Virus record (IMG/VR): IMGVR_UViG_3300027973_000043
Location: 18,489-82,488 of that record
From: a virus
DNA length: 64,000 nt
Strand: one strand, 5' to 3'
Shown: in pieces, positions 40,790-51,330 of the stretch
Numbering within the stretch: the first letter of the stretch is position 1
Layout: each line of letters starts with the position of its first letter
Translations under genes and position numbers: made by a program
The notes under the pieces: model-generated
Seen by the model: the letters and a program-made list of their open reading frames with translations, nothing else
Told to the model about the DNA's origin: nothing
Database searches by the model: none

Positions 40790-42133
40790 TTATTCGGTTT
40801 GTGAACTTTCAACAGTTTCAATATCAACTTCACCAGAGTCAAGTTGCTTGCTTTCATTTTCTAAAAAGTTAAAGCTCTTTAATTTGTAAACTTCCCAGCT
40901 ATTAGGAATGTCTTTTCTTAACACAATACCTTCCGCCCATACGTCCTTCTGACAAAGTTTACACTTCTTTTCAAGATAATCTCGAATGAGGTTATTTAAG
41001 AAGTTTTCGTGCCAATGTTTTTCTGTAGAAAGTTCAGGATATAAATCCTTAGCTTTACCACTATAATGAAGAAGAGGAGTCTTTAAACCATAACGAGTAC
41101 AATATTCCGTCATTTGAGATGGTGAAAGCTCAAAAACATCACCATCGGTATTTGTATAAGTCATTCGATAAACAAAATAATCAAGAGAGCCTTGTGGACA
41201 AGAATAATCGTAATCGCGCTGAATCATACTTCCAGTTGGAGTATAACCAACAATTTCGCCGTAAGCTGAATAACCCTTTTTTAAATGTGGATAAAGCTTG
41301 TCTGCAACAATCTTCCAAACATCAGTATCATAAAAATTGTTATTTTCTTTACCATTATCCATGATTTTATTTTTGATAACGCTACGAGAACTATAGATTA
41401 ATCCGTATTCGGTTTCAACTACATTCAATCTAAGAAATTTACCAATTTTATCAAGAAGTGAAAGCTTCTTTTTAACAATAACATTAGAAACTACAAAAGA
41501 AGTACCATGATACTTTTCGGTAATATTGATAAAATCATCTGGATTAATTTTATCAATATTACGCTTCAACTGTTCAGTAGAAGGATGGAAATGGAATTGA
41601 TTTTCAACAAGACGAGAAATGTATTTCTTAACATTACCTCTTGTCTTTTTCTTACCAGCTTCACCAAAGTTTCGCATTCCTTTTGGAATGTATTTCTTGC
41701 AAAAATAGTGTTCAAAGAAAAGGTCAAAATCACTTCCGACATATTTTTCAGTGATTTCAATCTTTTGATTCAAAATATCTTTAGCAAAAGATTCAAGCAG
41801 AGAAACAGGAACTATATATCCTTCAGATTTTTCACCACGTAATTTTACTGCTTTTACTCTAGAATTTTCTTCAAACAGACCTTTTTGTTCTTTAATACGA
41901 TTAAGTTCTTTATCACGAAAAGAGTTTGTGTAAGAAAGAAACTCTTTTGAGATTGCACACTCAAGAGGAAAATAACAATAAATTCCATTTTCAGCATTAA
42001 TACCAGTAATAACATTATTACCGAAAAGAGATGTTACTTTGAGCTTATCAGCATTAGAATGCTGACGAAAATTTTCGATTTTAACAATAGATGCTAAATA
42101 ATTAGGACTGTGATTTTGTGATTTATTGAACAT
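40790..42133 (-). CDS. RNA ligase (Rnl2/DRB0094-like)
   Basis: HSNADKL N-domain, motif I TEKYHGTS, GEIVG, EGIVL, KLKS. Confidence 0.85.
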   Translation of the reverse strand: MFNKSQNHSPNYLASIVKIENFRQHSNADKLKVTSLFGNNVITGINAENGIYCYFPLECAISKEFLSYTNSFRDKELNRIKEQKGLFEENSRVKAVKLRGEKSEGYIVPVSLLESFAKDILNQKIEITEKYVGSDFDLFFEHYFCKKYIPKGMRNFGEAGKKKTRGNVKKYISRLVENQFHFHPSTEQLKRNIDKINPDDFINITEKYHGTSFVVSNVIVKKKLSLLDKIGKFLRLNVVETEYGLIYSSRSVIKNKIMDNGKENNNFYDTDVWKIVADKLYPHLKKGYSAYGEIVGYTPTGSMIQRDYDYSCPQGSLDYFVYRMTYTNTDGDVFELSPSQMTEYCTRYGLKTPLLHYSGKAKDLYPELSTEKHWHENFLNNLIRDYLEKKCKLCQKDVWAEGIVLRKDIPNSWEVYKLKSFNFLENESKQLDSGEVDIETVESSQTE

Positions 42134-43065
42134 ACTACACTATAATAAAGGTTAAATTTTTGTCAATGTTTATTCTATAATTTATGAGAAACTTCTTCTA
42201 AAAGCATTTCTTTAGACTCAATTTTTATGTTTTTTGATAATTTGGTAAAAGGTGCATAAAAAGAATCAGTTGCAAATTTTTCTGAAACTTCGAGAATTTC
42301 TCTTTCATATTCTACAGTTGCATTTATTTTGTAGTATTTATAAAATACAATTTCTCTTGGATCAGAGATTTTTACACATTCATAATTCTCAAAAACGTAG
42401 CAACATGATTCATCACTAATAATGTTGATAATATCAATTACACGAACAAGACTATTTTTCTTTTTAGCAGCTTTGCCAAGCCGAATTAAAAGTTTTTTAA
42501 AACGACGTGAATCATTATTTTCAAATTTTAAAATACGTTCTAAATTATTTTCATTAGCACAATAAGCACCATATTGAAAAAAGAATTTTTTAATTTCATT
42601 TATTCTATCTAAAAATAGAATGTTTCTTCTCTGAAGATCTTTTTTTAGGTGTTTTAGTTTACGTTTAAATGGAATATCTTTCATTAGTTTAAAGTTCTAT
42701 TGTTCCAGACATTAATTGCTTCTGAGTGCCATTCTTTTGGTATAAGCATTGTTTCATTTTCTTTTGAAACAGCATAAATTTCTTCTCCAACAAAAAGCAA
42801 AACTATTTTCTTGGAGAAGAAATTAAAAATGAAATTACCTTTTTCCATTTTTGGATTTATCAATCTGACTTGGATGCCTTTTGGTAATTTTCCAAGTTCG
42901 CACATTGTTTCGCTTTTTACGATCAATTGCTACTGCTGGTTCTTGAAAAGCATAAGCACCATGGTTAATTTTAGTAACGGTTGTGCCTGCTCCACCATTA
43001 CAGGAAGCTAGACCAAGTTTCTTTAGTTGTTTTTGTTGTTTATTCATTTTATTAAAAATTAAAAT

Positions 43066-43458
43066 TTATTCTGTCCACAGTATACTCTTAAAATTAAGAC
43101 TGTCAAGAATCTTTTGACAATTACCACAAGGTTTCGCCATCATTGGTTCTCCACTTTTTGAAAGACGAACATTAAAAAGTACCAATCCTGAAAAATCACT
43201 GTTTCCGAAGCGATTAATATACTCACGAATTGCTACAATTTCAGAATGAAATCCAGCTACATATTTTTTAGAATTTTCTTTTAATGCGGTATAATGTCCA
43301 AACTTATGATAAGGATGTAATTTATCATAAGAATTAACACCTGTAATAAAAAGTTGATTTTTATTCAAAATGTAAGAGAAATGTAAGTTTCTACCAGTTC
43401 TCAAATTTTGAAGACTTTTAGAAATTTCAATTAACCTTTGACGGCGATAAGAATTCAT
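43066..43458 (-). CDS. zinc-dependent deaminase-like protein
   Basis: HSE...AKPCGNC. Confidence 0.75.
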   Translation of the reverse strand: MNSYRRQRLIEISKSLQNLRTGRNLHFSYILNKNQLFITGVNSYDKLHPYHKFGHYTALKENSKKYVAGFHSEIVAIREYINRFGNSDFSGLVLFNVRLSKSGEPMMAKPCGNCQKILDSLNFKSILWTE

Positions 43459-43630
43459 TATTTTACACTTTTATAAGCTTGCATATAGTAAATACAATCA
43501 GGAAACTCAGGTTCTTCTGAGTTTATTGCAGCATACATACCTTCTGTTTGCATTTTCTTAATGTATTCAGGGGATACTTCGATTTCGATTAATGTTTCGT
43601 TCATATATTTTGTTTAAATGAGAAGTGAGG

Positions 43631-44008
43631 TTATTGCAAATTTTTAATGTTGTCAAGATTTTTCTTTGCTTTTTCGAAAAATGTTAAACTGCCTTTAATG
43701 CCAGAGCTATATCGAAAATAAAAATTTTTGTTATTTCTAATAACAAATCGAAGTAATCTTTTACCATATCCTTTTTTTCGGTAATTAGGTTTGATAAAAA
43801 TTCCAACATTTACATCAAAAAAATTATTTAATACTAAACAAGAACCAATTGGTTTTTCGTTTTCATATAAAATATAAATTGATTTTACTTCATAAAAATT
43901 TTCTTTCAACCATGTTGAAAAACTCCATGTTGGAACATATAGATAATTTTTATGAATTATTTTTTTAGCTTCATTTAATTTTTCATTAGAGTATTTTTTA
44001 ATTTTCAC
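43631..44008 (-). CDS. GNAT acetyltransferase-like protein
   Basis: FIKPNYRKKGYGKRLL acetyl-CoA motif A. Confidence 0.7.
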   Translation of the reverse strand: MKIKKYSNEKLNEAKKIIHKNYLYVPTWSFSTWLKENFYEVKSIYILYENEKPIGSCLVLNNFFDVNVGIFIKPNYRKKGYGKRLLRFVIRNNKNFYFRYSSGIKGSLTFFEKAKKNLDNIKNLQ

Positions 44009-44120
44009 TATAGAATTTGTTTTTGTTTTTGTTTTTGTTTTCGGAAGACACCGAAGGATAAGCTTTTTAAGCGTCTGTGCAAGTTATTTTTTTTAGTTTT
44101 TAGTTTTTGGTCAAAAACTG

Positions 44121-44148
44121 TTGACAAGTAAAGAAAATATTATATTAT
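44121..44148 (+). promoter_or_regulatory. sigma70-type early promoter at the strand switch
   Basis: TTGACA-16-TATTAT, ATG 6 nt downstream. Confidence 0.7.
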
Positions 44149-44651
44149 AGAAATATGAAAATTTGCACTTTTTCTGAAACAAATGCTTCATTTTTTGAAG
44201 CAGAATATTCAAATGGTATCAATGCTAGTAAAGAAGTATCTGTTCATGGTGTAGAAATAACCAATAATCAATTATTTTTTAGAGGATATGATGACAACGG
44301 CATTCTTCATAAAATGAATCCACTGCATTTATTTTCAAAGGAAACAGGTAAGCAAATGATTAACACATTCGTATAAATTTATGTCAACCACATTACAATT
44401 AAAAGAACAGTTCCGTTACTCAATTTTTGATTGCCAATCAAAAAAAGAGTGGTATCAAGTATCCAAGCCCCGCAAGACTTCCAAATTTTGGAAAGATAGT
44501 TATGTTGTGTGGGATAATTTAAACAACAAGAAAGTAAACTAATGAAAAAGAATTCTAGTGGTTTTATTCATTCTTTGGAAACCAATGAAGTCTAAATGGT
44601 ATTCAAAAATTTGGTAAACTGGTTAACATTCCCTATAATTTACGGTATAAT

Positions 44652-45584
44652 TTGAATATGAAAATCGAAACAAAAATAAATGATTTGAAGAACTTCCTTA
44701 TCTTGAAAGAAACAAAGATTAAGTTGGAACGCCATACTAACAAAGCCAAAGATCAATTTGAATTCGCTCTTTCCCAAGATAAGAAAGACGATAAGCTTGT
44801 TGAGACTATTAATCTAGTCAGGTCTTTCAAATCAGACTTTTATAAACAAGAGACTGCATTTAAGAAAATTCCTAAAGAACGTCGTGATTTAGTCTACCTA
44901 ACTCATAAATGGGCACTTGATGTTGCTAAACAGGTGTGTTATATGGGAAGATGTTATTCGGGTGATACGTCTTTTTATTACTCTATTATTGATGGTCCTT
45001 CTGATGCACATACAACGACTGATAGTGGAGATCAATATTCCCGTAAATGCACGTTTCGTAAAACTGATGCATCACATAATGTAAAAATTGATGCGAATGA
45101 TATTCCTTTTATGTGGGAAAATCAAAATGTGATGAAACTTTCGGATAGTGATGGATTACCGTTGATTTCTTTTAAACCTAATGGACAAGCTGTTTGGGTG
45201 CAAACAAAGGTTAAGTCTATCGTGGCAGTAAATGGTTGGATTTGTTGGAATGAGACAATGTGTTATCATTCTACTAAATCCTATGCTGATGCAGAAAAAG
45301 GATTATCTAAGAAGATCAAACTTGCACAGGAAGAACGTAAACGCCAGATCAATGCTAAGAAAGAAGATCGTAGAGCAAGGCTTATTGCACGTCTATGTAA
45401 GAATGTTAATGCGACGTTTGAAGATGCTCGTTCTTTGGGATATTGTGAACCAGGAATCCGTAGTTTTCAACAAACATATAATATCAGTAATCAAGCAACA
45501 TTGCAAGAATTGATGGCGACTAAAAATCCACTGGCTGTTAAACTGGCAATTACTGTTGCACGTAAAATTAAACGTAGTGTTTGA
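44652..45584 (+). CDS. hypothetical protein
   Basis: Long ORF behind a sigma70-like promoter; C-terminal DARSLGYCEPGI. Confidence 0.6.
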   Translation: MNMKIETKINDLKNFLILKETKIKLERHTNKAKDQFEFALSQDKKDDKLVETINLVRSFKSDFYKQETAFKKIPKERRDLVYLTHKWALDVAKQVCYMGRCYSGDTSFYYSIIDGPSDAHTTTDSGDQYSRKCTFRKTDASHNVKIDANDIPFMWENQNVMKLSDSDGLPLISFKPNGQAVWVQTKVKSIVAVNGWICWNETMCYHSTKSYADAEKGLSKKIKLAQEERKRQINAKKEDRRARLIARLCKNVNATFEDARSLGYCEPGIRSFQQTYNISNQATLQELMATKNPLAVKLAITVARKIKRSV

Positions 45585-45689
45585 CATTCCCTATAATTTG
45601 TGATAATATCTTCCAACATAAAAGAACTTCAATTAGATGAATCAAAAGGTGTAGAAAACATTCGTATTAAAGATTAAAAAAATAAAATT

Positions 45690-46088
45690 ATGAAAGAAAC
45701 AATTGCACAACTATTAAAAGTAAAAGATTTTCCATTCCTTATTAAAAATAAGAATAATAAAGAAATCTATTTTGAAGATTCAAATGGATTTTGGTATAAG
45801 TGTGAGTATAACTTGAATGGTAAACAAATCTATTCTGAAGATTCAGATGGATATTGGAATAAGCATGAATATGACCAGAATGGTAAAGAAATCTATTTCG
45901 AAGATTCAGATGGATATTGGATTAAGTGTGAGTATAACTTGAATGGTAAAGAAATCTATTTCGAAGATTCAGATGGATATTGGTTTAAGCGTGAGTATAA
46001 CTTGAATGGTAAAGAAATCTATTTCGAAGATTCAGATGGAACTATCATGGATAACCGAACAGAAATTATTGAAAATACTTTATGTTGA
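45690..46088 (+). CDS. 21-aa beta-hairpin-repeat protein, satellite copy with truncated C-terminus
   Basis: YNLNGKEIYFEDSDGYWxKxE repeats; same N-terminus as the array genes. Confidence 0.85.
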   Translation: MKETIAQLLKVKDFPFLIKNKNNKEIYFEDSNGFWYKCEYNLNGKQIYSEDSDGYWNKHEYDQNGKEIYFEDSDGYWIKCEYNLNGKEIYFEDSDGYWFKREYNLNGKEIYFEDSDGTIMDNRTEIIENTLC

Positions 46089-46694
46089 CATTTATAGTTA
46101 AGTTATTTTACTTTTTATACTCTTGGTGCATCATGAAACTTTTTAAGTTTCTGTGGTATTATAAATTTATATCAACTCTTTGTAAGAATAGTGCAACAAG
46201 AAATTGTAAAAGAGCCGAAGAAGCTTTTAATGAATTTTAATATGAAAATTAACGCAAAACAATCAGTCTATAATGGTGTAAAGGTCATCCCTTGCATTGT
46301 GACTACAGAATTTAGAAATGAAGTATCTAAACGTCTCAAATCAAAAGGAATGGATGTGATTACTATTGAACACGGCGGAATTTTCTTTGCTGGTGATTCG
46401 CCTGATGAAATTGATATGGGAGATTTAGAACAATACATTTATCATTTGACTTAATTTTAAACTGGTTAAGATTAATAATAATGGAAATAACTGAAATTAA
46501 AGAAACTACAAAGTACAAAGCTATTTCTTTTGAAAAAGAAGAAAAAGTTTATTTAGAATGTGCTTCTTCCAAACTATCTGGAAATTATTCACTATTTTAT
46601 TATAGTGACGGTTACTTGACAGCATATAACGAAGATGATAAAGTGGAGAACTACTTTACAGTAGAATATTTTAAAACTAAATTCCTTAAACAAC

Positions 46695-47633
46695 ATGAAA
46701 TTCAATAATTGGAACCTGTGCTGTATCAGTAAAACACTGTCTGATAACGGCAATAACTTTAAAACCATGACTCTTACACAGTTCAACAAACAGTCTCCCA
46801 AAGATGCTTTATCTGAACTATGTTCGCGTATTTTACACAACTTTAAAAACACCGAAAAAACAATTCGGTTTTGCCAGCTTAATAATATCTCTGGCTATCG
46901 TCTTTCATCTTCACTCTGTCCTATCATTACTCATGACAGTGTAAACATGCAGGTTTGTGATTTGCCTAACTTTTCTGATATTCAAGAAGTATGCTCTCGT
47001 ATCAAAAATTTACTGGCAATTCAGCCAATAAAAATTTCTGCTCATCCAAGTGAATACATTTCACTTTCTACTAGTGACGAAAATATTCTCAAAAACACTT
47101 TTCGTGACCTAAATCAGCATGGCGAGATTTTTGATTTGCTGGGTTTGCCTCTTGATTACTCTGCACCAATGAACATTCATGTGCGTAAAGACGGTAATAC
47201 GTCTGACATTGTATCTTCTGTTATGCGTAACTACGACCGTTTATCTGATAATGTTCGTAAGCGTTTAGTTTTTGAAAATAATGACAATAAAAACGGCACA
47301 TGGAGTGTGCGTAATTTGGTTAGACATTTTCATGAAAAATATAGTATTCCTATTACTTTTGACACTTTACACCATTATATTCTCCCTGATGGCTTAAGCG
47401 AACGTGATGCATTTGAACTTGCATATTCAACATGGGGCAGCTATACTCCTGTGTTCCATTACAGCGAGGGTATTATAGAAAATGGTGTTATTACTCGTAA
47501 GCATCGTGACATGCCAACTAATGTTCCTCATAATTATAATCCTAATGTTTTTTGGGACATAGAACTTAAATTTAAAGATTTAGCAATTTTTGAGCTTCGC
47601 CGCTTAAAAGAATTAAATTCGCCCATTTATTAA
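46695..47633 (+). CDS. uvsE: UV damage endonuclease UvsE
   Basis: YRLSS, SAHPSEY, NIH, RLVFENND, ITFDTLHH, FHYSE, HRD, DIELKFKD. Confidence 0.9.
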   Translation: MKFNNWNLCCISKTLSDNGNNFKTMTLTQFNKQSPKDALSELCSRILHNFKNTEKTIRFCQLNNISGYRLSSSLCPIITHDSVNMQVCDLPNFSDIQEVCSRIKNLLAIQPIKISAHPSEYISLSTSDENILKNTFRDLNQHGEIFDLLGLPLDYSAPMNIHVRKDGNTSDIVSSVMRNYDRLSDNVRKRLVFENNDNKNGTWSVRNLVRHFHEKYSIPITFDTLHHYILPDGLSERDAFELAYSTWGSYTPVFHYSEGIIENGVITRKHRDMPTNVPHNYNPNVFWDIELKFKDLAIFELRRLKELNSPIY

Positions 47634-47891
47634 AATCACATTAAATAATAATTAAATAATTATGTTAAATAATATTCAAAATATAAATTCTGGTTGTCTT
47701 CAACTTATTTTAACTATTTTAGTTCTTTCTGCACTATTTTTCGGATTGCCTACCCCTTGGGGAATCTTTGAAATTGATTTGTTGCCTCCAGGAATTTATC
47801 TCAATCGTTAAAAAGGGTGTGATGTATGAAGCTTTGAAAGATATTGTTGAAGAATCTTGCGAAGAAAACGTTGGTAAGATTGCAGGTGATG

Positions 47892-48523
47892 CATTAAAAG
47901 TAGTTGATAAATTGTGGGATAAACTCTATAGTAAAGAACAAGTATGACTATTGAAGATAAATAATATTATGACCTTTAATCAATTATACAACAAAATAAT
48001 CAACGAAAACACTGCACCAAAAAGATTTTATCATGGTAGTATGACTGAACTTCCAGTGGGAACTATACTAAAACCCAATGATAATTATGAAGAAAATTGG
48101 TCAAATACTTATTTTTATTCTGTTTTGGAATATTATAGACCAAAAGATATGCTATCACATAAGAATAGTGTTTTTATGTGTGGAAATGACGAAGATGTTG
48201 AGTTAGCGGGCGGTGGAACAGAATATCTATTTGTAGTAGAACCTTTAGGTAAAGTCGAGCGACATGATGTTAATTGGAGTTCTGAAATATCCGTGTTAAT
48301 GTCGGATGGGTTAGAAATAGATGATCCTGAAGTAATTGAGGCTGCTGCGAATTACTGGAACGGAACACCGCATTATAATGAGCAAGTTTGGGAATACCTA
48401 ACACCTTTTGCTAAGATTATTTCTGTCGAAGAATACTAACTATGTTAAGAGCATATACATTAAAAGTAGTTGATAAATTGTGGGATAAACTCTATAGTAA
48501 AGAACAAGTATGACTATTGAAGA
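47892..48523. repeat. 66-bp perfect direct repeat (47892-47957 and 48458-48523) flanking the ART-like gene
   Basis: CATTAAAAGTAGTTGATAAATTGTGGGATAAACTCTATAGTAAAGAACAAGTATGACTATTGAAGA present twice. Confidence 0.92.
47969..48439 (+). CDS. Arr-like ADP-ribosyltransferase-fold protein
   Basis: FYHGS..LPVGTIL.P, VFM, YLFVVEPLG, EYL; start MTFNQLYNKIINE after ATAAATA. Confidence 0.6.
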   Translation: MTFNQLYNKIINENTAPKRFYHGSMTELPVGTILKPNDNYEENWSNTYFYSVLEYYRPKDMLSHKNSVFMCGNDEDVELAGGGTEYLFVVEPLGKVERHDVNWSSEISVLMSDGLEIDDPEVIEAAANYWNGTPHYNEQVWEYLTPFAKIISVEEY

Positions 48524-48616
48524 GAAAACAATTAAACTAGCAGAAGCAGCGGGATTTACCGACATTATGCTACCTATGGGCGTTGACAAATCTCTAGAAA
48601 ACGTTAAAATAAAAAG

Positions 48617-48713
48617 TCCTATCGAATTCAACCCTATTGGTAAAGTGTCCGTAGTAAATATGGTGTGGTGAAATGTTCAGAATTGAACGCCATTAGGGTT
48701 GAATTCGATAGGA
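48617..48713 (+). other. perfect 20-bp inverted repeat enclosing 57 nt, between a sigma70 promoter and the repeat-gene array
   Basis: TCCTATCGAATTCAACCCTA ... TAGGGTTGAATTCGATAGGA; TTGACA-16-TAAAAT at 48583-48610. Confidence 0.8.
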
Positions 48714-48732
48714 AATTAAAAGCAATTTTATT

Positions 48733-49182
48733 ATGAAAGAAACAATCGCGCAATTTTTAAAAATAACAGATTTTCCTTTTCTTATCAAAGAAAAGAATAA
48801 CAAAGAAATCTATTCTGAAAAATCAAATGGATATTGGTTTAAAAAAGAGTATGATTTGAATGGAAAAGAAATCTATTATGAAAACTCAGATGCATACTGG
48901 ATTAAGCGTGAATATGACCAGAATGGTAAAGAAATCTATTTTGAAGATTCAAAAGGATATTGGAATAAGAATGAATATGACCAGAATGGAAAATTAATCT
49001 ATCGTGAAAACTCAGATGGATATTGGTCTAAACGTGAACATGACCAGAATAGTAACGTAATTTATTATGAAAACTCAGAAGGAACTATCATTGATAACCG
49101 ACCAAAGGTTATTGAGTTGACTTTAGAAGAGATTGCAGATAAACTTGATATGAATGTAGAAAACATTCGTATTAAAGATTAA
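48733..49182 (+). CDS. 21-aa-repeat protein, array copy 1
   Basis: MKETIAQ N-cap, repeats, IELTLEEIADKL..NVENIRIKD C-cap. Confidence 0.9.
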   Translation: MKETIAQFLKITDFPFLIKEKNNKEIYSEKSNGYWFKKEYDLNGKEIYYENSDAYWIKREYDQNGKEIYFEDSKGYWNKNEYDQNGKLIYRENSDGYWSKREHDQNSNVIYYENSEGTIIDNRPKVIELTLEEIADKLDMNVENIRIKD

Positions 49183-49194
49183 AAAAATAAAATT

Positions 49195-49644
49195 ATGAAA
49201 GAAACAATAGCACAATTTTTAAAGGTAACAGATTTTCCATTCTTTATTAAAAATAAGAATAATAAAGAAATCTATTCTGAAGATTCAGATGGATATTGGT
49301 TCAAGCATGAATATGATCAGAATGGTAATCAAATCTATTTCGAAGATTCAGATGGATCTTGGATTAAGTGTGAGTATAACTTGAATGGTAAAGAAATCTA
49401 TTTTGAAGATTCAAATGGATTTTGGTATAAGCGTGAATATAACTTGAATGGAAAAGTAATCTATCATGAAGATTCAAAAGGATATTGGTTTAAGCGTGAG
49501 TATGATCAGAATGGTAAACAAATCTATCATGAAGATTCAAAAGGAATTATCATGGATAACCGACCAAAAATTATTGAATTGACTTTAGAAGAGATTGCAG
49601 ATAAATTAGGATTGAGTGTAGAAAACATTCGTATTAAAGATTAA
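49195..49644 (+). CDS. 21-aa-repeat protein, array copy 2
   Basis: Same architecture as copy 1. Confidence 0.9.
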   Translation: MKETIAQFLKVTDFPFFIKNKNNKEIYSEDSDGYWFKHEYDQNGNQIYFEDSDGSWIKCEYNLNGKEIYFEDSNGFWYKREYNLNGKVIYHEDSKGYWFKREYDQNGKQIYHEDSKGIIMDNRPKIIELTLEEIADKLGLSVENIRIKD

Positions 49645-49656
49645 AAAAATAAAATT

Positions 49657-50106
49657 ATGAAAGAAACAATTGCACAACTATTAAAAGTAAAAGATTTTCC
49701 ATTCCTTATTAAAAATAAGAATAATAAAGAAATCTATCATGAAGATTCAAATGGATTTTGGTATAAGTGTGAGTATGATCAGAATGGTAATCAAATCTAT
49801 CGTGAAGATTCAAATGGACGTTGGTTCAAGCATGAATATGACAAGAATAGTAATTTAATCTATTCTGAAACCTCAAATGGATTTTGGAATAAGTGTGAGT
49901 ATGATCAGAATGGTAATCAAATCTATTATGAAGATTCAAATGGATATTGGTCTAAGCGTGAATATAACTTGAATGGAAAAGAAATCTATTTTGAAGATTC
50001 AAATGGAACTATCATGGATAACCGACCAAAGGTAATTGAATTGACATTACAGGAAGTCGCAGATAAACTAGGATTGAATGTAGAAAATATTCGTATTAAA
50101 GATTAA
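49657..50106 (+). CDS. 21-aa-repeat protein, array copy 3
   Basis: Same architecture as copy 1. Confidence 0.9.
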   Translation: MKETIAQLLKVKDFPFLIKNKNNKEIYHEDSNGFWYKCEYDQNGNQIYREDSNGRWFKHEYDKNSNLIYSETSNGFWNKCEYDQNGNQIYYEDSNGYWSKREYNLNGKEIYFEDSNGTIMDNRPKVIELTLQEVADKLGLNVENIRIKD

Positions 50107-50118
50107 AAAAATAAAATT

Positions 50119-50820
50119 ATGAAAGAAACAATAGCACAATTTTTAAAGGTAACAGATTTTCCATTCTTTATTAAAAATAAAGATGAAGAAGAAATCTATC
50201 GTGAAGATTCAGATGGATTTTGGTATAAGTGTGAGTATAACTTGAATGGTAATGTAATCTATTATGAAAACTCAAATGGATTTTGGTATAAGTGTGAATA
50301 TGACTTGAATGGTAATGAAATCTATTATGAAAACTCAGTTGGACGTTGGTCTAAGCGTGAATATGACCAGAATAGTAATGTAATCTATTCTGAAACCTCA
50401 GATGGATATTGGTCTAAACGTGAACATGATCAGAATGGCAATAAAATCTATTCTGAAAACTCAAAAGGATATTGGATTAAGCGTGAGTATAACTTGAATG
50501 GTAATCAAATCTATTATGAGAACTCAGATAGATTTTGGTATAAGTGTGAATATGACTTGAATGGAAAAGAAATCTATTATGAAGATTCAAATGGACGTTG
50601 GTCTAAGCGTGAATATAACTTGAATGGAAAAGAAATCTATTTTGAAGATTCAAATGGATATTGGATTAAGCGGGAGTATGACCAGAATGGCAATAAAATC
50701 TATTATGAAAACTCAAAAGGAACTATCATTGATAACCGACCAAAAATTATTGAATTGACTTTAGAACAGATTGCAGATAAACTAGGATTAGATGTAGAAA
50801 ACATTCGTATTAAAGATTAA
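50119..50820 (+). CDS. 21-aa-repeat protein, array copy 4 (four extra repeats)
   Basis: 233 aa = 149 + 4x21. Confidence 0.9.
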   Translation: MKETIAQFLKVTDFPFFIKNKDEEEIYREDSDGFWYKCEYNLNGNVIYYENSNGFWYKCEYDLNGNEIYYENSVGRWSKREYDQNSNVIYSETSDGYWSKREHDQNGNKIYSENSKGYWIKREYNLNGNQIYYENSDRFWYKCEYDLNGKEIYYEDSNGRWSKREYNLNGKEIYFEDSNGYWIKREYDQNGNKIYYENSKGTIIDNRPKIIELTLEQIADKLGLDVENIRIKD

Positions 50821-50833
50821 AAGAAATCTTTTT

Positions 50834-51295
50834 ATGAAAGAAACAATAGCACAATTTTTAAAGGTAACAGATTTTCCATTCTTTATTAAAAATGCAGATA
50901 ATAAAGAAATCTATTCTGAAAAATCAAATGGATATTGGTTTAAAAAAGAGTATGACAAGAACGGTAACGAAATCCATTTTGAGAACTCAAATGGATATTG
51001 GTTTAAAAAAGAGTATGATTTGAATGGTAACGAAATTCATTTTGAAAATTCAAGTGGATTTTGGTCAAAGAGTGAGTATGATAATAAAGGTAATTTAATA
51101 TATTATGAACACTCAGATGAATATTGGGTTAAGAATGAGTATGATAGTAACGGTAAATTAGTTTATTTTGAAAACTCATATAAAAACTCAAAAGGAACTA
51201 TCATTAATAAACGTCCAAAAATTATTGAGTTGACTTTACAAGAAATTGCAGATAAACTTGGAATGGATGTAAATATTCTTCATATCAAAGTTTAA
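50834..51295 (+). CDS. 21-aa-repeat protein, array copy 5 (most diverged)
   Basis: Same caps with more substitutions. Confidence 0.9.
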   Translation: MKETIAQFLKVTDFPFFIKNADNKEIYSEKSNGYWFKKEYDKNGNEIHFENSNGYWFKKEYDLNGNEIHFENSSGFWSKSEYDNKGNLIYYEHSDEYWVKNEYDSNGKLVYFENSYKNSKGTIINKRPKIIELTLQEIADKLGMDVNILHIKV

Positions 51296-51330
51296 AAAAA
51301 CTTTTAAAGTTTTTTCTGATAAGTTAAAAC

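Noticed and set aside
48733-51295. CRISPR array
   Set aside because: The repeats are in-frame 63-bp coding units with no unique spacers, and no cas genes are present
45690-51295. Complete diversity-generating retroelement or retron
   Set aside because: No reverse transcriptase motifs in any ORF and no template repeat in the window; kept only as a hypothesis
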